64,000 bases of DNA from an uncultured Verrucomicrobia subdivision 3 bacterium (GCA_903850425.1 CAINLR010000048.1:1364-65363); one strand, 5' to 3'; shown: positions 35,775 through 46,860, counted from the first letter of the stretch. Notes: generated by a model from the sequence alone, not told the origin. Translations and numbers: made by a program.

Positions 35775-36704
35775 CTAAAACATTCGCGGCCGGCCTTCTT
35801 CGAGAATCCTCAGCCGCTTCGACACATGCTGGGACAAGGCGATTTCCCGCAGCCAGTCCAGCGGTTCGTCCATCGCCTCGAACGAGAGCTTGAACGTGCC
35901 GTAGTGCATTGGCACAAATACTTTCGCCTTCAAATCCTTGAACGCCTGCACCGCCTCGTCCGGCCCCATGTGGACTTTGCGGAAACTTTCCGGGTGATAC
36001 GCGCCGATGGGCAGCAGCGCAATTTCCGGCGCGAGCTTTTTTCCGATCTCCGCGAACCCGTCGAAATACGCGCTGTCGCCGGCGTGATAAATCTTCCGCC
36101 CCTGATGTTCCAGCACGAAGCCGCCGTAGCCGCGATGACTGTCGTGCAACGTCCGCGCGCCCCAATGCGCGCTCGGTGTGAACGTCACCTTCCAGTCCGC
36201 TTGCGCGAAACTTTCCCACCAGTCCAGCTCGATGATGCGCGCGAAGCCGAGCTTGCGCGCGAGGTCGCCGACGCCCCACGGCATGATGCCGATTTTGGTG
36301 GCCGCCAGTTTGCGCAGCGTGGGCTTGTGAAAATGGTCGTAGTGCGCGTGCGTCAGCAGCACCAGGTCAATTGGGGGCAGGTCTTTGATTTTCAACCCCG
36401 CGCGCTTGATGCGTTTCATCAGGAACAGCCAGTTCGCAAAATTCGGATCCACCAACACGTTCAAGTCGGTGAACTGGATGAGAAACGACGCGTGGCCGAT
36501 CCAGGTGATGGCCACCTCGCCGGGCTTGAGCTTGGGAAAGACCGGCCGCCGGTGCTCGCCCTGGCGCTTGGTGAACCAGCCTTTCCAGATCAGCTCCTGA
36601 AAAAATGTGCGCGGATTAAAATGCTTCGCCGGGGTCAAATCCTTGAACGACCGGGGAAATTTCTTTCGCGGCGGCGCGGGACGATGCGCAGGGATTTTGG
36701 TCAT
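35775..36704 (-). CDS. MBL-fold metallo-hydrolase (NAPE-PLD/RomA-like)
   Basis: WIGHASF, THAHYDH, HWGAR, AGDS, LPIGAY, PMHYGTF. Confidence 0.88.
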   Translation of the reverse strand: MTKIPAHRPAPPRKKFPRSFKDLTPAKHFNPRTFFQELIWKGWFTKRQGEHRRPVFPKLKPGEVAITWIGHASFLIQFTDLNVLVDPNFANWLFLMKRIKRAGLKIKDLPPIDLVLLTHAHYDHFHKPTLRKLAATKIGIMPWGVGDLARKLGFARIIELDWWESFAQADWKVTFTPSAHWGARTLHDSHRGYGGFVLEHQGRKIYHAGDSAYFDGFAEIGKKLAPEIALLPIGAYHPESFRKVHMGPDEAVQAFKDLKAKVFVPMHYGTFKLSFEAMDEPLDWLREIALSQHVSKRLRILEEGRPRMF

Positions 36705-36831
36705 GCAACGGTTTGACTTTAACACCTGCGGCGGGTTCGACAATTTCGAAAATTAGAAAGTCGGGCGAAAAAGAAGTGAAGGGAATTCGCAATCTATGCT
36801 TAGGCTGACTATGCTGCATGACTGTTACTGA

Positions 36832-37374
36832 CTATTTTTTCAGCGGCCAAGTCTTCTTCAAGCATTCATCCGACTTGCCGTCGAATTCGCGTGCTGAATA
36901 CCTCTGGGCAAACTCAGCGATTGAGCCAGGCGGCTCGTCGCCTATAACTCCTGCCATGCAGTTGCAGAAATGATAGGTGCTGTAATACCAGCGGTCATCG
37001 GAACCGTGCGCCAGGAATAAATGGTTTACAAACCCGTTGTTGTATCCGTGACGGAACGCGTAAACAAGCCATTCGCCATTCGTCATCAGGAGAACAGGAT
37101 CACCCACCCACTCCCGATGTTCTCCGGCACCACTATGATATTTAAGTGATTCCAACTCCCGACTCATGCCCACGTTGGCAAGCGTCAATCCGGCAAGTCG
37201 TGGAAGGGTCGTAATTTTCCAATCGGCTCGAGCGCGTTCATATTTCAACTGCACAGCCCACTGCACGCCGAAAAGTGCGCCGACAATTATGAAAGTTATC
37301 GAGAGAGCGATGACAATTTTACGACTTACGGCCCCAGCCTGACTCGCTTCTTGAATTGTTTCTTGAAAGCGCAT
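36832..37374 (-). CDS. Hypothetical single-pass membrane protein, AT-rich
   Basis: About 180 aa, one TM, H..N....HLFLAHGSD..WYYS.YHFC motif; start uncertain. Confidence 0.6.
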   Translation of the reverse strand: MRFQETIQEASQAGAVSRKIVIALSITFIIVGALFGVQWAVQLKYERARADWKITTLPRLAGLTLANVGMSRELESLKYHSGAGEHREWVGDPVLLMTNGEWLVYAFRHGYNNGFVNHLFLAHGSDDRWYYSTYHFCNCMAGVIGDEPPGSIAEFAQRYSAREFDGKSDECLKKTWPLKK

Positions 37375-37467
37375 GTGGTTGGCTCTGTTTCTTACAAATT
37401 GGTTTGTCTTCAAAAAGCCGCTCCGAAACGGGTGCAGAACCTCAGGAGATAAATTCTGGCAGGCGTG

Positions 37468-37725
37468 TCATTTCAGCTTCTTGATCGAGATCACGGCCTT
37501 GCGCGGCGCGTCGGCGGCGGCGAGAACGTTGCTGATGGCGACCTTGTGATCCGGCGCGGTCGTGATGACGCGGACGATGCCAAAATCGTGGCGCAATCGC
37601 ACCGCGTAGCGCTTCATTCGCACCAGCGCCGCTTGCGGCTGCGGCGGCAAAACGGTCTCCGTTTCCGGCAACACCTCGAGAATTTCGCCCGGGTCGGCCC
37701 GCAGGCTTTGAAACGTAAACGTCAT
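37468..37725 (-). CDS. Small hypothetical protein
   Basis: 85 aa from ATG 37725, host-like codon usage. Confidence 0.45.
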   Translation of the reverse strand: MTFTFQSLRADPGEILEVLPETETVLPPQPQAALVRMKRYAVRLRHDFGIVRVITTAPDHKVAISNVLAAADAPRKAVISIKKLK

Positions 37726-37903
37726 AACGTGTCGGTGGTGGGATGCTCCTCGGTGAACGGCCCAAGAACAGACTTCCAAGCCTGAAATCCAACCAGCCAG
37801 TTGATGTGTATCCGGTGCAGACCCATGGTTTGGACTTTGCGCCGGAGCCGTTGTTTTGTCCAGAAAAAGCCGCAGGGAAATCAGTTGGAGGGTGCTTGCA
37901 ACT

Positions 37904-38059
37904 TCTCATTAGCACCCGGCTTCAGCCGGGTGAAGAGAGCGCGTAGAAAAGGCCAACGGTTTTAACCGTTTTCCACGCCGGTGGCCACCAAGCCGTTGAA
38001 ACGGCTGGGCGACCGAACCCGGCTCCCTTCCACCGGGCTGAAGCCCGGTGCTAATGAGA
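37904..38059. repeat. REP-like long inverted-repeat element
   Basis: tctcattagcacccggcttcagccgggtg ... caccgggctgaagcccggtgctaatgaga, with inner aacggttttaaccgtt / agccgttgaaacggct hairpins. Confidence 0.85.
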
Positions 38060-38103
38060 GCACAAGCTGAGTGGCCATCAATCGAGATGCGCCCTCCATG
38101 TAA

Positions 38104-38230
38104 AAGCTCCAAGCACCAACCTCCAAGCTCCGGAGAAACTTCAAGCTCCATACTCCAGAACACATCGTGCGTCACCCCGGTTTGAACCTTGAGGTATGGA
38201 ATTTCTCTGGAGTTTGGAGGTCGGTGCTTC
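38104..38230. repeat. Heptamer (AAGCTCC-type) inverted-repeat element
   Basis: aagctccaagcaccaacctccaagctccggagaaacttcaagctcc ... ttgaggtatggaatttctctggagtttggaggtcggtgctt. Confidence 0.8.
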
Positions 38231-38279
38231 GAATTGATTTTCTTCGCGCGCCCAGCCCAAAAATAGTTACTCTTTCCGC

Positions 38280-38825
38280 GTGAACAAACTGGCCCAACAA
38301 CTCGACACGTTCCTCCGCGAAGAACCGACGCTCGGCAAAAAGGTATTCATCGCCAACACCGCCACGGTCATCGGCGACGTGACGCTCGGCGCGCATTCGA
38401 GCGTGTGGTATGGCGCGGTGCTGCGCGGCGACATCAACCGCATTGTCGTCGGCCACCACACGAACATTCAGGACAACGCCGTGCTGCATCTGGCGGATGA
38501 TTTCGCCTGCGTGCTGGGCAACTGGGTCACCGTCGGCCACGGCGCGATCGTCCACGCCTGCACCGTCGGCGACCAATGTCTCGTCGGCATGGGCGCGGTG
38601 ATCCTTGACGGCGCGGTCATCGGCAAACAATCCATCGTCGGCGCCAAGGCGCTCGTGACGCAGGGAACGAAAATTCCGCCTGGCTCGCTCGTGCTCGGCG
38701 CGCCCGCAAAAGTGGTCCGCCAACTGACCAAGGAAGAACGCGCCGGGCTGAAATGGTGGGCGCAAAAGTATGTGGACAACGGCGCGTATTGCCTGCAGCA
38801 CGGAATCGGCGTTGGGAAAGTCTAG
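38280..38825 (+). CDS. Gamma carbonic anhydrase family (YrdA-like) hexapeptide-repeat protein
   Basis: IGDV, LRGD, NIQDNAVLH, TVGHGAIVHAC, G.PAK..R. Confidence 0.92.
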   Translation: MNKLAQQLDTFLREEPTLGKKVFIANTATVIGDVTLGAHSSVWYGAVLRGDINRIVVGHHTNIQDNAVLHLADDFACVLGNWVTVGHGAIVHACTVGDQCLVGMGAVILDGAVIGKQSIVGAKALVTQGTKIPPGSLVLGAPAKVVRQLTKEERAGLKWWAQKYVDNGAYCLQHGIGVGKV

Positions 38826-38856
38826 TCGTTCATTATTGCGACGGCGGCTTGGGTCA

Positions 38857-38953
38857 AAGCTCCAGCGGACTGGAGCACTCCAAGACGCTGCGCGTGGTTC
38901 AAGCGGTATGGCGAGCGCAAAGCGTCTTGGACTGCGGCGGCCCGCCGCCGCTT
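38857..38953. repeat. REP-like palindromic element between convergent genes
   Basis: aagctccagcggactggagcactccaagacgct ... agcgtcttggactgcggcggcccgccgccgctt. Confidence 0.8.
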
Positions 38954-38989
38954 TTCCCCGAAACATAATCTCACCGCCCACCGCCCAAA

Positions 38990-40108
<1,119 letters not shown>

Positions 40109-40109
40109 G

Positions 40110-40979
40110 TCAGTCCTTCCAGCGGCGGTGGACCCAGAACCAATTCGCAGGATCGCGGCGCACGGCGACTTCGAGCGCCCGATTCACATCGCGCATGATG
40201 GCCTCGGTTTCACGCGGCTGGCCGTTTTCGTGCGTGGGAATCTGCGGGCCAAATTCGAGCCGCCATTTTGCGAGCGCGATGCGGTAACAAATGCTCGTGG
40301 ACAATTCCGCGTGGTAGCGCAAGGCGAGCACGGCGGGCGCAAGTCCGGTGTTGCACTCGCGGCCCAGAAACAGCCCGCGCATCCCGAGCGAACTCTGGTC
40401 GGCCAGCAGGCCCAGCGTGACCCCACCGCGATCCAATAACTCCCGCAAGGCCTTGCCGTCCGCGCGGCGCTCGAAGAACTGGCACGGGCTGCGGCGGCGC
40501 AGCTCAAGCAGCAGCCGGTTCAACGCCGGTTGTTTCAGCGCGCGAAAAGTCGTGGCAAAGACTCCGTGCGGATGCGCCGCGCCCAGCTTGGCGTAAAGTT
40601 CAAAATTGCCGAAGTGGCCAACGGCGACCACCGCATTGGCGGGAACCTGATTGGCAATGGTCTGGGGCAGATGCTGCAGCCCGGTGAACTCCAGGTGCGG
40701 CTCCAATTCTGCAAAGGTCATGGCCGCCGTCTTCACGGCGGACACATAATTTTCGCCGAGGCGCCGAAAATTTTCCCGCGCGATGGCGGTGATTTCCGCC
40801 GGCGATTTTTCCCGGCCGAAACACTTCGTCAGATTGTCGAGCACCACGCGCCGGTGCCGGGCATCGAGGCGGAACGCCACCGCGCCGCCCGCCCGGCCGA
40901 GGCGCGCGACCAGGTTCAGCGGCAGCATCTGGATGCCGGCGATCAGCGCGCGGCCCAGCCAGTAGAGCACTGTGTTCAT
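40110..40979 (-). CDS. Lipid A late acyltransferase (LpxL/HtrB family)
   Basis: GHFGNFE, LLADQ, P..WFWVHRRWK. Confidence 0.9.
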   Translation of the reverse strand: MNTVLYWLGRALIAGIQMLPLNLVARLGRAGGAVAFRLDARHRRVVLDNLTKCFGREKSPAEITAIARENFRRLGENYVSAVKTAAMTFAELEPHLEFTGLQHLPQTIANQVPANAVVAVGHFGNFELYAKLGAAHPHGVFATTFRALKQPALNRLLLELRRRSPCQFFERRADGKALRELLDRGGVTLGLLADQSSLGMRGLFLGRECNTGLAPAVLALRYHAELSTSICYRIALAKWRLEFGPQIPTHENGQPRETEAIMRDVNRALEVAVRRDPANWFWVHRRWKD

Positions 40980-42151
40980 CAGCGGAAGCAGATTTTGCGC
41001 ACACAATCCTGAAAGTCATTGGCCCCATTCAGGATCTGGATTTCCACGCGCATAAAATAAAACGGCAGGTCGCGCCGGTCAATTTTCGGGAACCGCACGG
41101 CGTCCTTCTGCGTGGTGATGATGAAGTCCGCCTGGCGCTTTTTGGCACGGTTGATGGCGTTGAGGATTTCCTGCTGCGAGAACCGGTGATGATCGGCGAA
41201 ACGCTTGGAATAGACGAGTTCGCCACCGAGTTTCACCAGGCTGTTTTCAAAACTTTCCGGCTGCGCAATCCCGCTCAAGGACGCCACTTTTTTGCCAGCG
41301 AGCAAATCCAGTCCCTTGCGCTCGCCCGTGAACACGTCCTCGAAATACATCGGTTGATGCACGCACTCGATGACGGCGGCGGTAGTGTTCAATTTGGCGA
41401 TGCGCTCGCGCAGGGCCGCCGTGTTGCCGTCGCTCTTGGTGATGAAAATGGTGTGGGCGCGCGCGAGGTGCGACGGCGGCTCGCGCAACGTGCCGCGCGG
41501 CAAGAGATGCTCGTTGCCGAACGGCTGCTGGCGGTCAATCAAAACGACATCGTGGCGGCGGCCGCGCAGATGCCAGTATTGAAAACCGTCATCGAGCAGC
41601 AGCGTGTCGCAGCCAAATTTCTCGATGGCGTAACGCCCGCTTTTCACGCGGTCCTTGTCCACGAGCACGACCACGTCCTTGAGGTTTGACGCGAGCATGT
41701 AAGGTTCGTCGCCGGCAGTTTCGGAATCGAGCAAGAGCGATTTGCCGTCAGACACGACGCGCGGCGGGGTCTGGTCCTCGCGCAGGAGAATTTTGTTGAG
41801 GAATTTCTGGTGCAGCGGCGCGGGCCGGGAACGGTAGCCGCGCGAAAGGATGGCGACGTTGCGTCCGGCATCGCGGAGTTCGCGGGCAAATTTTTCCACG
41901 ACGGGCGTTTTGCCGGTGCCACCAACAGTAAGGTTGCCAATGGCGATGACCTGCACGCCGAGCGTTTTATCGCGGAGAATGCGGACGTTGTAAAGCCAGC
42001 GGCGCAGTTTGACGACGACCGTGAAAACTTTGGAGCCGCCGAACAAAGTGGCACGCGTCAGCTTGGCTTTGAAATCGTTACGGTCCCCGAGCACCACTTC
42101 GAGGAAGAACGTTTCCAAGGCTTCGGCCCAGGCACGGAAAGTTTCACGCAT
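40979..42151 (-). CDS. lpxK: Tetraacyldisaccharide 4'-kinase
   Basis: GNLTVGGTGKTP, LSRGY, GDEP, LDDGFQ, LPRGTLREP, F.DHH, TTQKDAV. Confidence 0.95.
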   Translation of the reverse strand: MRETFRAWAEALETFFLEVVLGDRNDFKAKLTRATLFGGSKVFTVVVKLRRWLYNVRILRDKTLGVQVIAIGNLTVGGTGKTPVVEKFARELRDAGRNVAILSRGYRSRPAPLHQKFLNKILLREDQTPPRVVSDGKSLLLDSETAGDEPYMLASNLKDVVVLVDKDRVKSGRYAIEKFGCDTLLLDDGFQYWHLRGRRHDVVLIDRQQPFGNEHLLPRGTLREPPSHLARAHTIFITKSDGNTAALRERIAKLNTTAAVIECVHQPMYFEDVFTGERKGLDLLAGKKVASLSGIAQPESFENSLVKLGGELVYSKRFADHHRFSQQEILNAINRAKKRQADFIITTQKDAVRFPKIDRRDLPFYFMRVEIQILNGANDFQDCVRKICFR

Positions 42152-42206
42152 TACCGCCTAATGTGCCAAGCGCACGCTGATGCGGCAAGGCGAAGCGTGG
42201 AGATTC

Positions 42207-42297
42207 AACCACGAAATACACAAAACATACGAAATCAGAAAGCAAACGCCAGCTACCCACCGTGAAATTATTTCGTGTGGTTCGTGTATTTGTGGTT
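42207..42297. repeat. Variant nonamer inverted-repeat element (CACGAA type)
   Basis: aaccacgaaatacacaaaacatacgaaa ... tttcgtgtggttcgtgtatttgtggtt. Confidence 0.75.
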
Positions 42298-42305
42298 TCA
42301 ACGCT

Positions 42306-42779
42306 TCAGTAGCCGAGCTTGGCGACTTCCTGCTGCAAGGCGAGTTGGAAATCCTGCACGTCCACCTGCGACGGTTTGTAACCCGTCTGCTTGGGCACGA
42401 CGCCGAGCCGGCCGGTCTGATCCAAATACCACTCGGCAATTTGACCGTCGCTGAAGGTGACTTTGCCGCTGATCATCGCGCCGGGCTTGGTAATTTGATC
42501 CACGCTCACGGAGACGCCGCCGGGCAATGGCGCGGGTTCGGGCGAAAGCGTGGCGGCGGCAGCGGCGGGCGCCTTGGGCGCGGCGGCGGGCGGCGTGACC
42601 ACCTTGGGCGGCTCGGGATCTTTCGGCGTCAATTTCAAATCATCCACGAGGAAACGAACTTCCATGTAGGTGCATTTCACGCCGAATTCCGACAATAGCC
42701 GGTTCTGGATTTCCGAAAGTTTTGCGCCTTCACTGATCCAGGTCGCGACCCGCTGCCGTTGTGCTTCGTCTAAGTTCAT
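42306..42779 (-). CDS. Conserved hypothetical protein
   Basis: 157 aa, two domains joined by a Pro/Ala linker; TYMEVRFLVDDL, G.VTFSDG..A.WYLDQ.GRLG. Confidence 0.8.
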   Translation of the reverse strand: MNLDEAQRQRVATWISEGAKLSEIQNRLLSEFGVKCTYMEVRFLVDDLKLTPKDPEPPKVVTPPAAAPKAPAAAAATLSPEPAPLPGGVSVSVDQITKPGAMISGKVTFSDGQIAEWYLDQTGRLGVVPKQTGYKPSQVDVQDFQLALQQEVAKLGY

Positions 42780-43006
42780 GCGTGCAGTGTAAAAACGCGG
42801 ACCCCCGGTCGCAAGTTACTTCATCGGGTCACAAAGCAGCGGTCGCAAATTCGGATACGCGGTTGGTGGACTGGGCTTGGCGGGCCAATGCGGGATGATT
42901 TCGGCGATGGCTTTGCCGTCGGCACCGGCGCAATCCGCCACGCATTTTCTGAAATTTTCACTTGCCTTGTCATCCGCATGATCACTCACAAAATTGCCGG
43001 CAGCGC

Positions 43007-43660
43007 CTAGCGATCGGCGGCCAGCGCGTCGCACTGCCGGGCCAGCGCAAAATCTTTTTCCGTCAACCTGCCGGCATCGTGCGTCGAGAGCGCGAGCGTG
43101 ACCTGATTCCAGCGCACGTCAATGTCGGGATGATGCTGCGCCTGCTCGGCGAGGCTGGCGACCGCGTTGGTGAATTCCATCGCCGCCAGAAAATCTTTGA
43201 ACCCGAACGTGCGCGCAATCACATTGCCCTGGCGTTGCCAATCCGGAAGGGCAGCGAGCGCCACCAGGATTTGCGGCTCCGACAACGGCAGCTGCCCGGC
43301 GGCAAAACTTTCGAGAGATTCCAGGCTGACCGTGGATGCCTCGCGCATCAGGCTGACGCTGGTGACCAGTGACCACAGCCAGGCGATGACGAATATAACG
43401 GCGCCCGTCGCGAGCAGTTTCAGGTTGGGCGAATGGGGCGACTCATCGTCATACATCAGGCGGTAATAAGGGATCATTTCCTCCAGGAACCAGACCATGA
43501 CCAGAATGAATCCGGCGAGCGACAAGAGCAGTTGACCGCCGCCTGCCAGCCAGCGCCGGGCCATGAGCGAGCCGAGTCCCGGCGTGGCCAGTTGATTTAA
43601 CAATGCGGCGTTGCGAGCCTTGGCGCGGCTAGTTCTTTTTGGGGCCGAAAATGGTTTCAT
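43007..43660 (-). CDS. Pterin-4a-carbinolamine dehydratase with an N-terminal membrane domain
   Basis: C-terminal F.FKDF..AM.F...A.LAE..QHHPDI..W..V...LSTHDAG.LT.KDF.LA; N-terminal 2-3 TM. Confidence 0.82.
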   Translation of the reverse strand: MKPFSAPKRTSRAKARNAALLNQLATPGLGSLMARRWLAGGGQLLLSLAGFILVMVWFLEEMIPYYRLMYDDESPHSPNLKLLATGAVIFVIAWLWSLVTSVSLMREASTVSLESLESFAAGQLPLSEPQILVALAALPDWQRQGNVIARTFGFKDFLAAMEFTNAVASLAEQAQHHPDIDVRWNQVTLALSTHDAGRLTEKDFALARQCDALAADR

Positions 43661-44648
43661 AGCCGATCATCAACGCCGCCAAGCTCACGGGGCCCGTGAG
43701 CACCAAACCGACGCAGCAGGCCAAACCTCCGACCAGGATGAGCAGTCCCGTAATGACGACCAGTCCAAACACCTGCCACCAATGTTTATGCACGCGATTC
43801 CAACTGGTCCGCATGGCGGTGCCAAAATCCATCTCCTTGTCAATAATGAGCGCTTGGGTGAACACCCAATTCACCGTCAGATAGGTCACCGGAATCAAGC
43901 AAATGAACAGGAGCGGCAGCGAGCTGACGAGCGCGTTCATGATTTGCGGCAGCAGATTTTGGACTTCGGTCGGCTGCACCTTTTGCATCTGCGCGAGCAG
44001 CGGTTCCAGATTCTTGGCGTTGACATAGGTATAGGGCACCATGCACAAACCGGTCACCAAGGTCACAACCAGATTGCCCAAAAAGAGCTGGGAAAAGGAC
44101 GCCTGAAAGCCGGCGAACATGTCGCTCACCTGCGCGGGTTGGCCGCGCAGCGTCTTGAGATATACCAAGTTCACCCCGCCCGCCAGCGGTCCCAAAACCA
44201 CCGCCGTCACCGCCGAGAGAGCGATTTTGAAGCCCGTGCTGAACCAGGCGGCGGCCATCAGTGACTTCGGAATCACGACCGAGAGCACGGCAGCCAATAT
44301 ACCTGGCAGGAAGCCGGCGATGAGCATCATGACCAGAAAGGTCACAAACAGAATGCCGAAATGTTCTTTGACCAGATTCCAGCCTTGGGTGAGGCAGCCG
44401 ACCAGATCGAGTTCGTAATCACGCGCGTTGAAATCGTCGGCCGATTCCGGCCGCAGGCTCGCGGCGGGTTCGCTGGGGGCGAACGCATCGGCAAAATCAG
44501 GAAATTTTTCGAGCGGCCGAAATTCCGTGTCGCCCTCGGCCTTGACCTGGGAGTGCGCGTTGAGCCGGCCCTCGGCGATCCACTGGCGGAGATCCTCCGC
44601 CGAGATGGGGCCGTATTCCTTGCCGTCGCCGCCGATGATGGTAAACAT
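43629..44648 (-). CDS. GYF_2 (DUF4339) domain membrane protein
   Basis: IIGGDGKEYGP..LRQWIAEGRL N-terminus plus multi-TM domain. Confidence 0.85.
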   Translation of the reverse strand: MFTIIGGDGKEYGPISAEDLRQWIAEGRLNAHSQVKAEGDTEFRPLEKFPDFADAFAPSEPAASLRPESADDFNARDYELDLVGCLTQGWNLVKEHFGILFVTFLVMMLIAGFLPGILAAVLSVVIPKSLMAAAWFSTGFKIALSAVTAVVLGPLAGGVNLVYLKTLRGQPAQVSDMFAGFQASFSQLFLGNLVVTLVTGLCMVPYTYVNAKNLEPLLAQMQKVQPTEVQNLLPQIMNALVSSLPLLFICLIPVTYLTVNWVFTQALIIDKEMDFGTAMRTSWNRVHKHWWQVFGLVVITGLLILVGGLACCVGLVLTGPVSLAALMIGYETIFGPKKN

Positions 44649-44684
44649 ATATGACTTGGTGATTTGTCGGTTTGACTTGGTAAA

Positions 44685-45554
44685 TTACGGATCCCAGCGC
44701 AGCGTGTTGAGTTGGGCTTCTTGCGTGAACTGGACGCTGCCGTCGGCAAAGGCCACCACGAACATCCGGCCATGGCGCGGCTGGCTGAGCATCAGTTCCC
44801 GGCCGCCGTTGGCATTCCAGCCACCGTCCGCTTCAAAGAACACCACGGTGCGGGGGTTGACTTGGCTTTCGTCCAGGCCGTCCAGTTTCGCATTGTAGGC
44901 GTAATCGCAACGGCGTTCTGAATTGGCGGAGACACATTTGAAAACCTTTTCCGAGCCGGCATAAGTTTTGATCGCGTCGCACCACGTCGCAGCGGGCGGG
45001 AAATGATTGGTGTTGTCGCCGGAAAACAGCTTCACGGCCAGGGACAGTTGCCGCTCGTTATTGGAGCAATTGATCTGCTGCGCCTTGCCCTTCGCGCCGG
45101 CCAGCGCCGGGAGCAGCAGGGCGGCAAAAATCGGAATCATGAGCAGGAACAGGCCGGACACGATGGTGCCGGCCAGCGCCAGGCCGTGCCCGTTCAATTT
45201 GCCGCCGCTGTTTTTTACTTTCGCCAGCGCAACGATGCCCAGGATCAATCCAAACAGCGCGGTGAAGCCGCAGGTGAACAATCCCAAAATGCCCAAGACC
45301 AGCGAAGTGATCGCGAGGTGGCTGGTTTTCGGCGTGAAGGTTGGCCCGGCGGCGGGCAAAGGCGGCGGGGTGGAGGTCTTCGCCACGTCCTGAAACTCTG
45401 GAAAGTCGGACAGCACTTTCCATTCGGTCGCGCCTGCCGTCTTCATCCGGCTCCGCGCGTTGAGCCGACCATCCGTCAGCCACTGGCGCAACTGATCCTC
45501 ACCGATCGGGCCGTATTCCTTGCCGTCGCTGCCGATGATGATGTAGTTGGCCAT
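44685..45554 (-). CDS. GYF_2 + DUF4190 + pilin-like H-X9-DG protein
   Basis: GSDGKEYGP; AITSLVLGIL..G.GLALAG; LLPALAGAK..C.NN..Q; RH...VAFADGSV. Confidence 0.85.
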   Translation of the reverse strand: MANYIIIGSDGKEYGPIGEDQLRQWLTDGRLNARSRMKTAGATEWKVLSDFPEFQDVAKTSTPPPLPAAGPTFTPKTSHLAITSLVLGILGLFTCGFTALFGLILGIVALAKVKNSGGKLNGHGLALAGTIVSGLFLLMIPIFAALLLPALAGAKGKAQQINCSNNERQLSLAVKLFSGDNTNHFPPAATWCDAIKTYAGSEKVFKCVSANSERRCDYAYNAKLDGLDESQVNPRTVVFFEADGGWNANGGRELMLSQPRHGRMFVVAFADGSVQFTQEAQLNTLRWDP

Positions 45555-45646
45555 AAGTGTTTCCGCAGGCATGTTTCTAGTGGATTGGAGCAGCGGGGGC
45601 AAGTGATTTGCATTTAAGAAAATCCCTTTTCAGCCGATGAACTTAT

Positions 45647-45994
45647 GTGGTCCGCGTCAAATCCGAAGAATTAAAGCCCGGCATGGTGGTCGCCCGCGAT
45701 GTGAAGAACATTGACGGGATGCTGCTCGTGCCCTCGGGCTGTGAATTGAGTGAGCGGCAGATTGACATCCTGCAGGCGTGGGGCGTGACCGAAATGGAAA
45801 TCGAGGCCAGCGAGGAACAAGCCAAGGCCCACGACCCGCTGGCGCAATTGCCGCCGGGAGTCGCCGCCAAACTCACCGCCGACCTGCGCGCCCGCTTTTG
45901 GAACCCGGATGAATTCGGGCCGCTGCCGGCGGAAATTTTCCGGCTGATGCTGCTGCGGCAGGCCCGCCGCGCACTCGCGCCGCCCAAGCCATGA
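45647..45994 (+). CDS. Small protein resembling the N-terminal segment of HD-GYP proteins
   Basis: ELKPGMVVARDV..G.LL..G.EL....I..L..WG; ATGA overlap with the HDOD gene. Confidence 0.72.
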   Translation: MVRVKSEELKPGMVVARDVKNIDGMLLVPSGCELSERQIDILQAWGVTEMEIEASEEQAKAHDPLAQLPPGVAAKLTADLRARFWNPDEFGPLPAEIFRLMLLRQARRALAPPKP

Positions 45995-46860
45995 ACCCAC
46001 CTTCCATCAAAGCCATGGTCGCGGCCATGCCGCGCAGTCTGGGTTCCTACGGCCCGGTGTTGCTCGAAATTGAACAGGCTTTGGAATCGCCGCAGTGCAA
46101 TCTGAACACCATCGGCGACGCCATCCAAAAAGATCCCGACCTCACCGCGCGCCTGTTGCGGCTGGCGAACAGCCCGTTTTTCGGCTTCGCGAACCGGTTG
46201 AGCACCGTGGCTGAAGCGGTGAGCCTGCTCGGCATCCAGCAAATCCAGGACATGATCGTGGCGTCGAGCGTGCTGGAGCAGTTTAAGGGCGTGCCCGACA
46301 ACCTGGTCAACAAGGACTCGTTCTGGCGTCACAGCCTCGCCGTTGGCCTCACCGCGCGGTTACTCGCGATGGAACGACGGTTGCCCAAGCCGGACAAATA
46401 TTTCGTCGCCGGACTATTGCACGATGTCGGCCGCCTCGTGTTGCTGGCCCAAGCGACCGAATGGGCGCAGGCTGTTTTTGAATTGTATCAGCACGAAAAA
46501 ATGCTGCTGCGCGATGCGGAGAAAAAAATTCTCGGCTACGACCATCAGCAGATTGCCGCCGAACTGCTGCAAAGCTGGAGTTATCCGTCCGCCCTGGTGC
46601 AGGCGGTGGAATTTCATCACGCGCCCGGCCAAAGCGTCGCCAAGCTGGAGGCCGCAGTTGTCCACGTCGCCGATCACCTGGTGAACGCCATGGCCATCGG
46701 CAGTTCCGGCGAACAGTTCATCTCCCCGCTGGACGAAAAAGCCTGGGCGCTGCTCGGGCTCAACCCCGACATCCTGCCCCGGCTCGTGGAGGCCGTGGAT
46801 GAGCAAATTCTCGCCGTCGAAGAGGCGTTCCTGAAAAAGCCAGCCGGGGCCGCGCCATGA
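45991..46860 (+). CDS. HDOD domain protein
   Basis: DPDLTARLLRLANS, FWRHSL, AGLLHDVGR, FHH. Confidence 0.92.
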   Translation: MNPPSIKAMVAAMPRSLGSYGPVLLEIEQALESPQCNLNTIGDAIQKDPDLTARLLRLANSPFFGFANRLSTVAEAVSLLGIQQIQDMIVASSVLEQFKGVPDNLVNKDSFWRHSLAVGLTARLLAMERRLPKPDKYFVAGLLHDVGRLVLLAQATEWAQAVFELYQHEKMLLRDAEKKILGYDHQQIAAELLQSWSYPSALVQAVEFHHAPGQSVAKLEAAVVHVADHLVNAMAIGSSGEQFISPLDEKAWALLGLNPDILPRLVEAVDEQILAVEEAFLKKPAGAAP

